Assembly: GCA_963422395.1 (NCBI GenBank)
Contig: OY729431.1
Span: forward strand, 2,400,001-2,464,000
Length of the DNA: 64,000 nt
Origin: Vicinamibacteria bacterium
GTDB lineage: Bacteria > Acidobacteriota > Vicinamibacteria > Marinacidobacterales > Marinacidobacteraceae
Direction of reading: 5' to 3'
Shown: in pieces, positions 56,213 through 64,000 of the stretch
Numbering within the stretch: the first letter of the stretch is position 1
How the letters are laid out: every line of letters starts with the position of its first letter
Made by a program: the position numbers and the translations under genes
The notes under the pieces: generated by a model
Database searches by the model: none
What the model was told of the DNA's origin: nothing
What the model saw: only the letters and a program-made list of their open reading frames with translations

Positions 56213-57426
56213 GAATCGATCCGGTGCTCGAACGGCGGATCTACCTCGATCACCAGGCGTCCACTCCGATGGACCCGTCGGCGCTCGCGCTGATGCATCA
56301 CACCGCTGCGCTTTTCCACGCAAACCCGTCGAGCTCCCATCTCGCGGGCCGCCGCGCCCGCGAAGTCGTCGAAAGGGCGCGCGCCCGGGTCGCGGAGGCG
56401 GTGTCCGCACTCCCCGAAGAGATCGTGTTCACCTCCGGGGCCACCGAGAGCAACAACCTCGCCCTCCTCGGCGCCGCCCGCGCCGCGCTCGAACGGGGCG
56501 GCTCTCGCCGAGGCCTCGTCACCCTGCCGGTCGAACACCCCTCGGTCCTGGCTCCGGCCCGCCATTTGGAGGCGCAGGGATTCCGGCTGCGGCTGGTGCC
56601 GGTCGGGAGCGACGGAAGAGTGATCCTGGAAGCGCTGGAAGAGCAGCTCGACGAGGGAGTCCTGCTGCTGAGCATCCAGGCGGCGAACAACGAGATCGGC
56701 ACGATCCAGCCGCTGGCGGAAGCGGCGGCGCTCGCCCGGAAGCACGGCGTCCTGGTCCACTGCGACGCGGCCCAGGCCCTCGGAAAGACCCCGCTCGAAG
56801 TGGAGGCGCTCGACCTCGATTTCGCCTCGCTGAGCGCGCACAAGTGCGCCGGTCCCAAGGGGGTGGGAGCGCTCTTCGTGCGCCACGGCGTCCGCCGCGC
56901 CCCCATCGCCCCGATCGCCTTCGGCGGCGGCCACGAACGGGGCCTCCGCCCCGGCACCCAGAACACCCCCGCCATCGCCGGCTTCGGCGAAGCAGCGGAA
57001 CGCGCCGCCGCCCGGCTCCCGGAAGAAGCCCCGCGGCTCGCCCGGCTCCGCGACCGGCTCGAACGCCGCATCCTGGACGGGGCGCCCGGCGCCCGGGTCA
57101 ACGGCGCCGTCGGCCACCGGGTCCCCGGCGCCACCTCGATCACCTTCCCGGGCCTCGACGCCGACGCCCTGATCGCGAATCTCCCGGATCTCGACATCTC
57201 GAACGCTTCGGCCTGCCACGCCGGAATCCCGGAGCCGTCGCATGTCCTCCGCGCCATCGGCTTGTCGCGCGAAGACGCCTACGCCACCGTCCGCCTCGCC
57301 CTCGACCGCCCCCGAGCCGACAGCCCCCGAGCCGACAGCGCCGTCGACCGAATCGCCGACCGAATCACCGGAGCGATTCGAACGCTGCGCCGTCTTTTGG
57401 CCTCGTCCCCCGGCGCGCCGCTCTAG
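56191..57426 (+). CDS. Cysteine desulfurase (IscS/DndA/SspA-like)
   Basis: Motifs YLDHQASTP, FTSGATESNN, NNEIGTIQ, DAAQ, PLP lysine SAHK and ASACH. Confidence 0.92.
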   Translation: MPDVSQVGIDPVLERRIYLDHQASTPMDPSALALMHHTAALFHANPSSSHLAGRRAREVVERARARVAEAVSALPEEIVFTSGATESNNLALLGAARAALERGGSRRGLVTLPVEHPSVLAPARHLEAQGFRLRLVPVGSDGRVILEALEEQLDEGVLLLSIQAANNEIGTIQPLAEAAALARKHGVLVHCDAAQALGKTPLEVEALDLDFASLSAHKCAGPKGVGALFVRHGVRRAPIAPIAFGGGHERGLRPGTQNTPAIAGFGEAAERAAARLPEEAPRLARLRDRLERRILDGAPGARVNGAVGHRVPGATSITFPGLDADALIANLPDLDISNASACHAGIPEPSHVLRAIGLSREDAYATVRLALDRPRADSPRADSAVDRIADRITGAIRTLRRLLASSPGAPL

Positions 57427-57428
57427 AA

Positions 57429-57773
57429 GTGGCTGCTATCGCACTCGACCGCCGCAGAACCGGACCCCTCGCGTTCACCTATCACAACATCGAATGTTCC
57501 CCGCGCGAGCCTGGCGTCTATGAATTCTGGTTCAGGCGGCGATGCCTCTATGTCGGACAGTCGAAGGATGTCCGAGGTCGTTTGCTGCAGCACTGGAACG
57601 CTAGCCACAACGCCGATCTTCGGCTCTGGATCGAGGCCTACGGCAAGGACCTGTCATTCGAGTACTCCATTTGTCCATTCGATCACCGTCAGCAGGAAGA
57701 GCGTCGTCGAATCCTGAAACTCCGACCTGAAGTGAATATCGCTCTGACAGAACTTAGAAAAGGAGATTCCTGA
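57429..57773 (+). CDS. Small stand-alone GIY-YIG nuclease
   Basis: PGVYEF..LYVGQS..VRGRLLQH..EE..I..LRPEVN. Start GTG 57429; the stop overlaps the next ATG. Confidence 0.78.
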   Translation: MAAIALDRRRTGPLAFTYHNIECSPREPGVYEFWFRRRCLYVGQSKDVRGRLLQHWNASHNADLRLWIEAYGKDLSFEYSICPFDHRQQEERRRILKLRPEVNIALTELRKGDS

Positions 57774-59032
57774 TGCCTACCACGATTCCAGCGATCGCTG
57801 GACGAATCGGCAAGACCGAATACTGGGTCACTACGATGAAGGCCAAGGAGATGTGCGAACGGCTCGTGATCCCCAAGGAAATGGAGGGATGGGAGGACAT
57901 CTCTCTCGAGGAGAGATACCAGAGAGACATCGATCTGGCGCGGGTCCGTCGGGAGATCGCCCCGTACTTCGCCAACGACGAGAATCGTTTCACGGGATCT
58001 CTGATCGTTGCCATTCAGAATCCTGATGGAATCGAATTCGAAGAGGTAACGGAAGTGGCTCCGAATATGCCGTCCCTGTACAAGCAGTCGGCCAGAGGGC
58101 TCGGCCTGCTGACGCTTTCCGGCGGGGAGATCCTCGTTCCTCTCGACGGCCAGCACCGTACGAAGGCCATCAAGTATGCGATCACCGGACGGGACGACAA
58201 CAACAACGACCTCGACAGGATCGACGGAAATTCAGAAATCGCGCGCGACGACATCGTGATCATTCTCGTCAAGTACGATCCAGAAGTCTCTCGCCGTATC
58301 TTCAACAAGGTCAACCGGTACGCGCGGCCCACTTCGAAAGGGCAGAATCTCATCACCGACGACGACGATGTCGTGGCGGTCATCGTGCGTCGGAATGTCG
58401 TGGGAGAACTCATCGATCCTCGTCTGGTGAGTTTCCGATCATCGAGCTTGAACAGGAAGGCCAGGGAATTCACCACATTATCCACCCTGTACGAAGGGAG
58501 TCAGTCGATCCTCAAAGCGAAAGGACACAAGCCGGACAAGTCGAGGCCCGATTCCAGCAAGGAACAGATTTTCCGAAAGGAGATCGTGGATACCTGGAAG
58601 GCACTGTTCGAAGGGATGGATGTCGTTCGGCTCGCCATAGCCGATCCAGGAGAAGCCGGGGACGAGAAACGACGGGAGATCCGCAAGGACTCCATCCTCG
58701 GAAGGCCGATCGGCCAGCTCGCGACCGTTCGGGCCGCCATGACGCTTCGGCACGACAGTCGTTTCGAGATGCCGATGGCAAAAGTGATCGCTGGCCTGAA
58801 CCGGGTGCCATGGGACCCCGATGCTTCGGTTTGGCAGGGCGTCCTGAGGAGCGGAACGAAGATGAAGTCTGGGCGAACGGCGGCTGTCCTCGCCGGCGAC
58901 CTCATCGCCTACATGGTGGCGGGGAATAACTTCACCGACGACGAGGCGAAGGAACTCGAGAAGAAGATCCAATCGAACCTGGCCGAGCCAGAGGCGGCCG
59001 AATATCGGCTGCCCGATCCGATCGGACTCTGA
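57773..59032 (+). CDS. DGQHR-domain (DndB-like) protein 1
   Basis: Motifs RYQRDID..RV, RFTGSLIVA, LDGQHR and FNKVNRYARP. Confidence 0.88.
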   Translation: MPTTIPAIAGRIGKTEYWVTTMKAKEMCERLVIPKEMEGWEDISLEERYQRDIDLARVRREIAPYFANDENRFTGSLIVAIQNPDGIEFEEVTEVAPNMPSLYKQSARGLGLLTLSGGEILVPLDGQHRTKAIKYAITGRDDNNNDLDRIDGNSEIARDDIVIILVKYDPEVSRRIFNKVNRYARPTSKGQNLITDDDDVVAVIVRRNVVGELIDPRLVSFRSSSLNRKAREFTTLSTLYEGSQSILKAKGHKPDKSRPDSSKEQIFRKEIVDTWKALFEGMDVVRLAIADPGEAGDEKRREIRKDSILGRPIGQLATVRAAMTLRHDSRFEMPMAKVIAGLNRVPWDPDASVWQGVLRSGTKMKSGRTAAVLAGDLIAYMVAGNNFTDDEAKELEKKIQSNLAEPEAAEYRLPDPIGL

Positions 59033-59206
59033 ATATAGAACGAGCTCCATGTCATCGTGCTGGTATCCACTGATCATGCACTCCGAACAGTTGGAAGTGC
59101 TGGGAAACCTCATGCCGGAAGCTGCCGATAGTCATGGTCTTGCAAAACCTTCTGCATCTGTGAAGAGGCCGCCTCCACACAGCCATATCGATCAATTCAG
59201 CATCGA

Positions 59207-61081
59207 ATGACCGAAACCATGACGATCCTTCCTCCGATAACCAGCAATCCGTACAACCAGAAACTGCAGGGTTTCTACGGCGAATTCGGCGCCGGCTCCG
59301 GGGTCTGCGCGCTCTATCTGCAGTCCGCCATCGAGCCGATCCAGCTCGAACGCATCTCGATGATCAGCGAAATCGAAGACTCCAAGCGCTGGCCGGTGCG
59401 CAACCTGTTCCAGCGCGATGTGGACACTGAGCGGGTGACTCACGGCCTGCTGCCGTACCTGTCCTCGAACGACAGGATCAAGTTCTTCAATCCGCTCACT
59501 CTGACCCTGCTCCCGATCGGGCGAGACGCGGCGGTGGCGGACCTCGAGATCCCGAACCTCGAAGTCGAGACCGAGGAACGAAACGGCCCCCCCGCGATCA
59601 CCTGGGAAATGCGGTCTCACGCCCCCCACTACCGCGTCTCGTGGATCCGCGGCAACCCGCAGTTCGCCGAAATGGAGTGGAACGACTCCAGAACCCGGAT
59701 CGTGGCCATCGACGGCCAGCACCGGCTCTCGGCGCTCAAGCGCTTGTGGACCGATCAGGACACTGCCGCGAGGAAACGGCTGGCCGAATGGCGAATTCCG
59801 GTGGTCGTGGTGACCTTCCGGCGAGACCACAAGCGCAAGCACCTGCCGTCGCTCGTCGATGTGGTCCGCAACATCTTCGTCGATATCAACACCACCGCTC
59901 AGGAAGTCAGCACGGCCCGCGCGATCCTGCTCTCGGACGAGAGTCCTTCGGCGGTCTGCACCCAGGAGCTTCTGCAGCGGTCGCACGGAAACGACTTCCT
60001 GTCCCTGGCGCAGCGGAAAGCGGAGCGGGTGCCGCTCCTGTGTTACGACTGGCGCGGAGAGGAGAGCAAGAAGCGGCGGGAGCACGCCCCCGCGGCGGTG
60101 ATGGGAATCGAGGAAGTCCGGGACTGGTTCTTCCACTACCTCCTCGGTTGCCGGATCGAGTCGAAGAACGGCGACCGCAACGAGTTCACGACGGAAGTCA
60201 GGAACGCCCTCGGCATCGTGTCCACCGACCGGCTCCACCCGGCGTTCGTCGAAGGCCGACTGAACCACGAGACCAGCGGTCTTCTCCGAAGACGCTTCGA
60301 GCAGGATCTACTCCCGGCAGTCGAGCATGTGCTGCAGAACTTCGCCCCCTACCGGGCCTATGTGAAGAGCCTGCGGGACCTGGAACAGACGTATTGCGGA
60401 CCGGCGCGCCCCGACATCGGCCGCCACGCCTTCGGTCAGCTCCGCTTCGGATCGAGCCGACCCGAGGAAGCCGTGCAGGATCAGGTTCGCGAAACGCTGG
60501 TGGATATCAAGGACCGGGTAGCGAATCTCCGGAAGGAGCACCTGCGGGCGCCGGTGGGACTCGACATCGGAATGCGGGGCGTCATGGCCGCGTTCGGAAG
60601 CTTGCGGGCCTCGTTCGGCCATCCACCCTGGGTGGAGTACGCCGAGCGGTTCACCCAAGCACTGAACCAGCTCTACAACAACGGTTGGCTCGATACCTCA
60701 CGGCAGAACGCGTACCGGGAGCACCTCCGGCACCTCGTCGAAGACCACGACGAGAAAATCGTCAACTACCGGATCGACGCCGTCCCGGATGCCCTCGGGG
60801 CCTACCTGGGAATCCTGGCGGCGGCCTATGGGGGGAAATGGCCGGAGTCCTGGACCAAGGATTGGGCAGCCCCGCGCGAATCCCTGATGGACCGTCTCGA
60901 AGCGACGCTCGTGCGGGGCTACAGGCGGCAGGTGAGGCCGGGCTTGAGAGAGCAGTACCCCAAGGGAGGACGCGATCTGACGGACGCCGTGAACGACGAG
61001 GCGCAGCGGCTGGCCGGGCGCCATATCCGGAGATTCGAGCAGGCCGTGAAACGGGTGCGGAAGAGCTACCAGGGCGTCTGA
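59207..61081 (+). CDS. DGQHR-domain protein 2 (624 aa, long helical C-terminus)
   Basis: Motifs LFQRDVD..RV, FFNPLT, IDGQHRL and FVDINTTA. Confidence 0.85.
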   Translation: MTETMTILPPITSNPYNQKLQGFYGEFGAGSGVCALYLQSAIEPIQLERISMISEIEDSKRWPVRNLFQRDVDTERVTHGLLPYLSSNDRIKFFNPLTLTLLPIGRDAAVADLEIPNLEVETEERNGPPAITWEMRSHAPHYRVSWIRGNPQFAEMEWNDSRTRIVAIDGQHRLSALKRLWTDQDTAARKRLAEWRIPVVVVTFRRDHKRKHLPSLVDVVRNIFVDINTTAQEVSTARAILLSDESPSAVCTQELLQRSHGNDFLSLAQRKAERVPLLCYDWRGEESKKRREHAPAAVMGIEEVRDWFFHYLLGCRIESKNGDRNEFTTEVRNALGIVSTDRLHPAFVEGRLNHETSGLLRRRFEQDLLPAVEHVLQNFAPYRAYVKSLRDLEQTYCGPARPDIGRHAFGQLRFGSSRPEEAVQDQVRETLVDIKDRVANLRKEHLRAPVGLDIGMRGVMAAFGSLRASFGHPPWVEYAERFTQALNQLYNNGWLDTSRQNAYREHLRHLVEDHDEKIVNYRIDAVPDALGAYLGILAAAYGGKWPESWTKDWAAPRESLMDRLEATLVRGYRRQVRPGLREQYPKGGRDLTDAVNDEAQRLAGRHIRRFEQAVKRVRKSYQGV

Positions 61082-61106
61082 ACGGCGCCGGAACCGAGGA
61101 GAAACG

Positions 61107-62483
61107 ATGCAGCTGTATCCCGCCATGCGCGCCTCGATGGGCGACTGGACCTACTACATCGTCCGCATGACGATGCGGGAGGTGGCGCACGAGGTGCAGC
61201 TCGCCAGCGAACTGTGGACCGACGCGACCCTGAGCGACGCCATCCAGCGGACGGTGGATGCATCGCGAGTGAAGAGGGAACTCGTGAAGTTCCTCTCCCG
61301 GCGCGACGACCGGTTCTTCTCGTCGCTGGTGGTGGCCGCCATCGGCGGGAACCCGAGCTGGAAGCCGGTCGATTCGCGATTCGAAGAGGCTTTCGGGGAG
61401 CTCGCCTTCCAGGTCGATCCGCGGTACTACGCCCTCGACGGGCAGCACCGGCTCAAGGCGATCAAGGAGCTCATGGCGGACCCTTCGGGGGCGCCCCCGA
61501 GATTCGCAAGCGAGCAGCTCTCGGTGATCGTCGTGGTGCGCGAGCACCAGACCGCCGACGGAGACGATCGGTTGTGGAAACAGCGTTACCGGCGGTTGTT
61601 CTCGAGCCTGAACCGATATGCGAAACCGACCGACGGGGACACGAACATCATCATGGACGAGGACGATGTGTTCGCCATCGTCACCCGGCGGCTGATCGCG
61701 GATCACCCCTTCTTCCAGGTGTCGGCTCCGGAGAAGAAGTCCTTCCGGGTGCAGACCAGGGGCAAGAACTTGAAGGCGGGAGCACCGCACTTCACCAGCC
61801 TGCAGACACTCTACGAGATGAACCAGATCTTGCTGACGGACGCCGAGATGCAAGCCCGGTGGGGCCAGCCCCGGGACGTGAAGGTGTACTTGCGGTTCCG
61901 GCCCGAAGAGGAGGAGATCGATACCTGCTACCGGAAACTCGCACAGACTTGGGATTCCTTGCTCGAGGCGATGCCCGACCTCCGCACCCCTCCGGAACGA
62001 ATGCGGACCCACCAGCCGCCGGACTCGAACCCCGACGGGTTCTCCGACCACCTCGCGTTCTGGCCCATCGGGCAGAGCTTGCTGGCGAAAATCGCCCGCT
62101 CTCTCCTCGACAGCGCAGCAGCCGACCCGGACGAGGAACCGGCGCCGATGGTCGAGGCACTGCGGCCGCTCGCGGACGCGCCGTGGGATCTCCACCAGCC
62201 CCCCTGGCGGTATCTCCTGCTGGTGCCCGACGAAACGAAACCAAGTGTATGGCGCATGCGCAGCGAGAGCCGCAAGAAGGCCCTCGAAGTGGCCGAACGG
62301 CTGCTGCGCTGGCTCTGCGGCCTCGACCCATTGAACGAAGAAGAAGAGGGGGAACTCCAGAAGGACTGGCGAAACCTGCTCTACCGGTCGCCCGAACCGA
62401 CCGGTGACGCCCCCGAGGAAGCGTCGCAGATGTGGGAGCGGGTCGAGGCGGCACGGCAGAAAATCGTTGTCCGAGGCGGTTGA
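61107..62483 (+). CDS. DGQHR-domain (DndB-like) protein 3
   Basis: Motifs IQRTVD..RV, RFFSSLVVA, LDGQHRL and FSSLNRYAKP. Confidence 0.88.
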   Translation: MQLYPAMRASMGDWTYYIVRMTMREVAHEVQLASELWTDATLSDAIQRTVDASRVKRELVKFLSRRDDRFFSSLVVAAIGGNPSWKPVDSRFEEAFGELAFQVDPRYYALDGQHRLKAIKELMADPSGAPPRFASEQLSVIVVVREHQTADGDDRLWKQRYRRLFSSLNRYAKPTDGDTNIIMDEDDVFAIVTRRLIADHPFFQVSAPEKKSFRVQTRGKNLKAGAPHFTSLQTLYEMNQILLTDAEMQARWGQPRDVKVYLRFRPEEEEIDTCYRKLAQTWDSLLEAMPDLRTPPERMRTHQPPDSNPDGFSDHLAFWPIGQSLLAKIARSLLDSAAADPDEEPAPMVEALRPLADAPWDLHQPPWRYLLLVPDETKPSVWRMRSESRKKALEVAERLLRWLCGLDPLNEEEEGELQKDWRNLLYRSPEPTGDAPEEASQMWERVEAARQKIVVRGG

Positions 62484-64000
62484 CGGATCGGCGCCCGAAA
62501 GGGAGCGCACCCGCGGCGAGATCGTCTTCCGCTGCCGCGCTCCGGCACGAGTCACCGCGGAGCGTTGCCGCATCGCCTCGGACTGGGCGATAACTCTCGA
62601 CGCCGGGCTGGCCCAGCGCACTTCCCGAGGCGAGAGCCCGCAGGTCGAAGTCCCCTCCCGGCTGACAGCGGCCTTCACCCGGGCGATGCACCCCACGCTG
62701 GCCGAATATCGCCGGCTGCGGCTCGGCGTCGGCAGCTTGGTGCGCCCCCTCTTCCTCGATACCCCGGACGACCTGGAAGCGTTGGAGGCGCTCTATCCCT
62801 TCCAGCGCGAAGGCGCTCGTTGGCTCGCAGAACGCTCCGGCGCCATCCTCGCCGACGACATGGGCCTCGGCAAGACGGTTCAGGTCATCGCCGCCCTGCG
62901 GGTTCTCTTCCATCGGGGCAAGGTCCGCAGCGTGGTCGTGGTGTGCCCGAAGAGCCTGCTTCGGACCTGGGAGCGAGAATTCGGCCGTTGGGCTCCGGAG
63001 CTCGCCGGCGCGGTGATGACCCCGCCCGCCCGGATCCGCGAGCAGGCGTGGAAGGCGGTCGCCGGGCGGCGGCATGTGCTGTTGACGAACTACGAACAAC
63101 TCCGGGAGCCGCCCGCAGTCCTGCAGCAGCGCCCGCTGGAGGTACTGGTCGCCGACGAGGCGCACCATCTGCGCAAGCGGGAGGCGAAGGTGACTTCCGG
63201 CATCTTCCTCCTGCGGCCCGGCCGGTTCTGGGCGCTGAGCGGAACGCCGCTCGAACGGAGCCAAGAGGACCTGGCGACCCTCCTCTCCCTGGTAGCACCG
63301 AGCCGGTTCAACCCTTCGGACGCAAAACTCCATCCCTCCTCGCTGCGGAGCCGAGGGCGCCAGTTCATCCTCCGGCGGCGGAAGGAGGAGGTGTTCGATC
63401 AGCTGCCGCCGGTGTTCGACACCACCGAGATGCTGCAGCTCACCGAACTCCAGGAGCAGGCCTATCGCAAGGCGGTGCGCGAATTCAGACAGGAGCCGGA
63501 AACGGAACTCTCGCTGCTGACCCGCCTGCTCGGGCTCTGCGGCATCGAACCCGAAAGCCGGGCCAGCTCGAAGGCCGACGAGATCGAGTCCCGACTGGGC
63601 CGGATTCGGGAGCAGCGCGAGAAGGCGGTGGTGTTCTCCCTCCGCCTCGATCCGCTCCGGGAGCTCCACCGGCGCCTCACGCGGCGATTCGGAAGAGGAA
63701 CGGCGGTGCTCCTCGTCGGCGAGATGGACGCCGAGGAGCGAGACCGCAGCGTCCAACGCTTCCGCTCCGACGAACAGGCGTTCGTGCTGCTGGCATCGAC
63801 CCGGGTCGGCGGTGAGGGACTGACGCTCACCGAGGCGAACCACATCTTCATGTTCGACCAGTGGTGGAACCCGTCCACGAACGACCAGGCCCGCGACCGG
63901 GTGGTACGGATCGGGCAGCAGCGCGCAGTGCGCGTCCACCGCTTCTGCTGCCTCGACACGATCGAGGAGCGGCTGCTGCGGATACTGGAAACGAAGCGGG
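62467..64000 (+). CDS. SNF2-family helicase/ATPase (3' end outside the window)
   Basis: Manual translation: LYPFQREG..WL, LADDMGLGKT, VVCPKSL..W, DEAH, LSGTP, LRRRK, GEGLTLTEA and WWNP..DQARDRVVRIGQ. Start TTG 62467 is uncertain; an alternative ATG is at 62686. Confidence 0.88.
   Translation, partial: MSEAVDGSAPERERTRGEIVFRCRAPARVTAERCRIASDWAITLDAGLAQRTSRGESPQVEVPSRLTAAFTRAMHPTLAEYRRLRLGVGSLVRPLFLDTPDDLEALEALYPFQREGARWLAERSGAILADDMGLGKTVQVIAALRVLFHRGKVRSVVVVCPKSLLRTWEREFGRWAPELAGAVMTPPARIREQAWKAVAGRRHVLLTNYEQLREPPAVLQQRPLEVLVADEAHHLRKREAKVTSGIFLLRPGRFWALSGTPLERSQEDLATLLSLVAPSRFNPSDAKLHPSSLRSRGRQFILRRRKEEVFDQLPPVFDTTEMLQLTELQEQAYRKAVREFRQEPETELSLLTRLLGLCGIEPESRASSKADEIESRLGRIREQREKAVVFSLRLDPLRELHRRLTRRFGRGTAVLLVGEMDAEERDRSVQRFRSDEQAFVLLASTRVGGEGLTLTEANHIFMFDQWWNPSTNDQARDRVVRIGQQRAVRVHRFCCLDTIEERLLRILETKR

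Overview
GC-rich bacterial window, probably Acidobacteriota (inferred from an ADOP-type duplicated permease and an Acidobacteria-like uS5 motif, KGGKNLSF). The first ~25 kb is mostly housekeeping and transport genes: Rrf2 regulator, AlkA-like glycosylase, amidase, PGI-like protein, msrP, a YbbAP/TesA-like module, arsC, a proline racemase family gene, ABC transporters, trmB, DinB and a D-amino acid dehydrogenase. It also holds IS1182/IS481 remnants and an 81-bp MITE that breaks a PIN toxin gene. The rest contains three defence-type loci. (1) A two-gene operon (25369-32323) in which a large unknown protein ends in a complete, in-frame ribosomal protein uS5 (RpsE) domain and overlaps the start of a 1424-aa DUF1998/YprA-family Zn-helicase; this is the best candidate for an undescribed system. 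(2) A type I R-M operon with an HTH-fused HsdM and a two-gene insert (DUF1828-like plus unknown) between hsdS and hsdR. (3) An Ssp-like phosphorothioation cluster (sspB interrupted by a 32-nt poly-C run, sspC, sspD, cysteine desulfurase) followed by a GIY-YIG nuclease, three DGQHR/DndB-type proteins and an SNF2 ATPase, with a divergently oriented SBD-HNH (ScoMcrA-like) nuclease. No rRNA, tRNA or CRISPR array was seen. All family calls come from recognising motifs by eye; no database searches were run.
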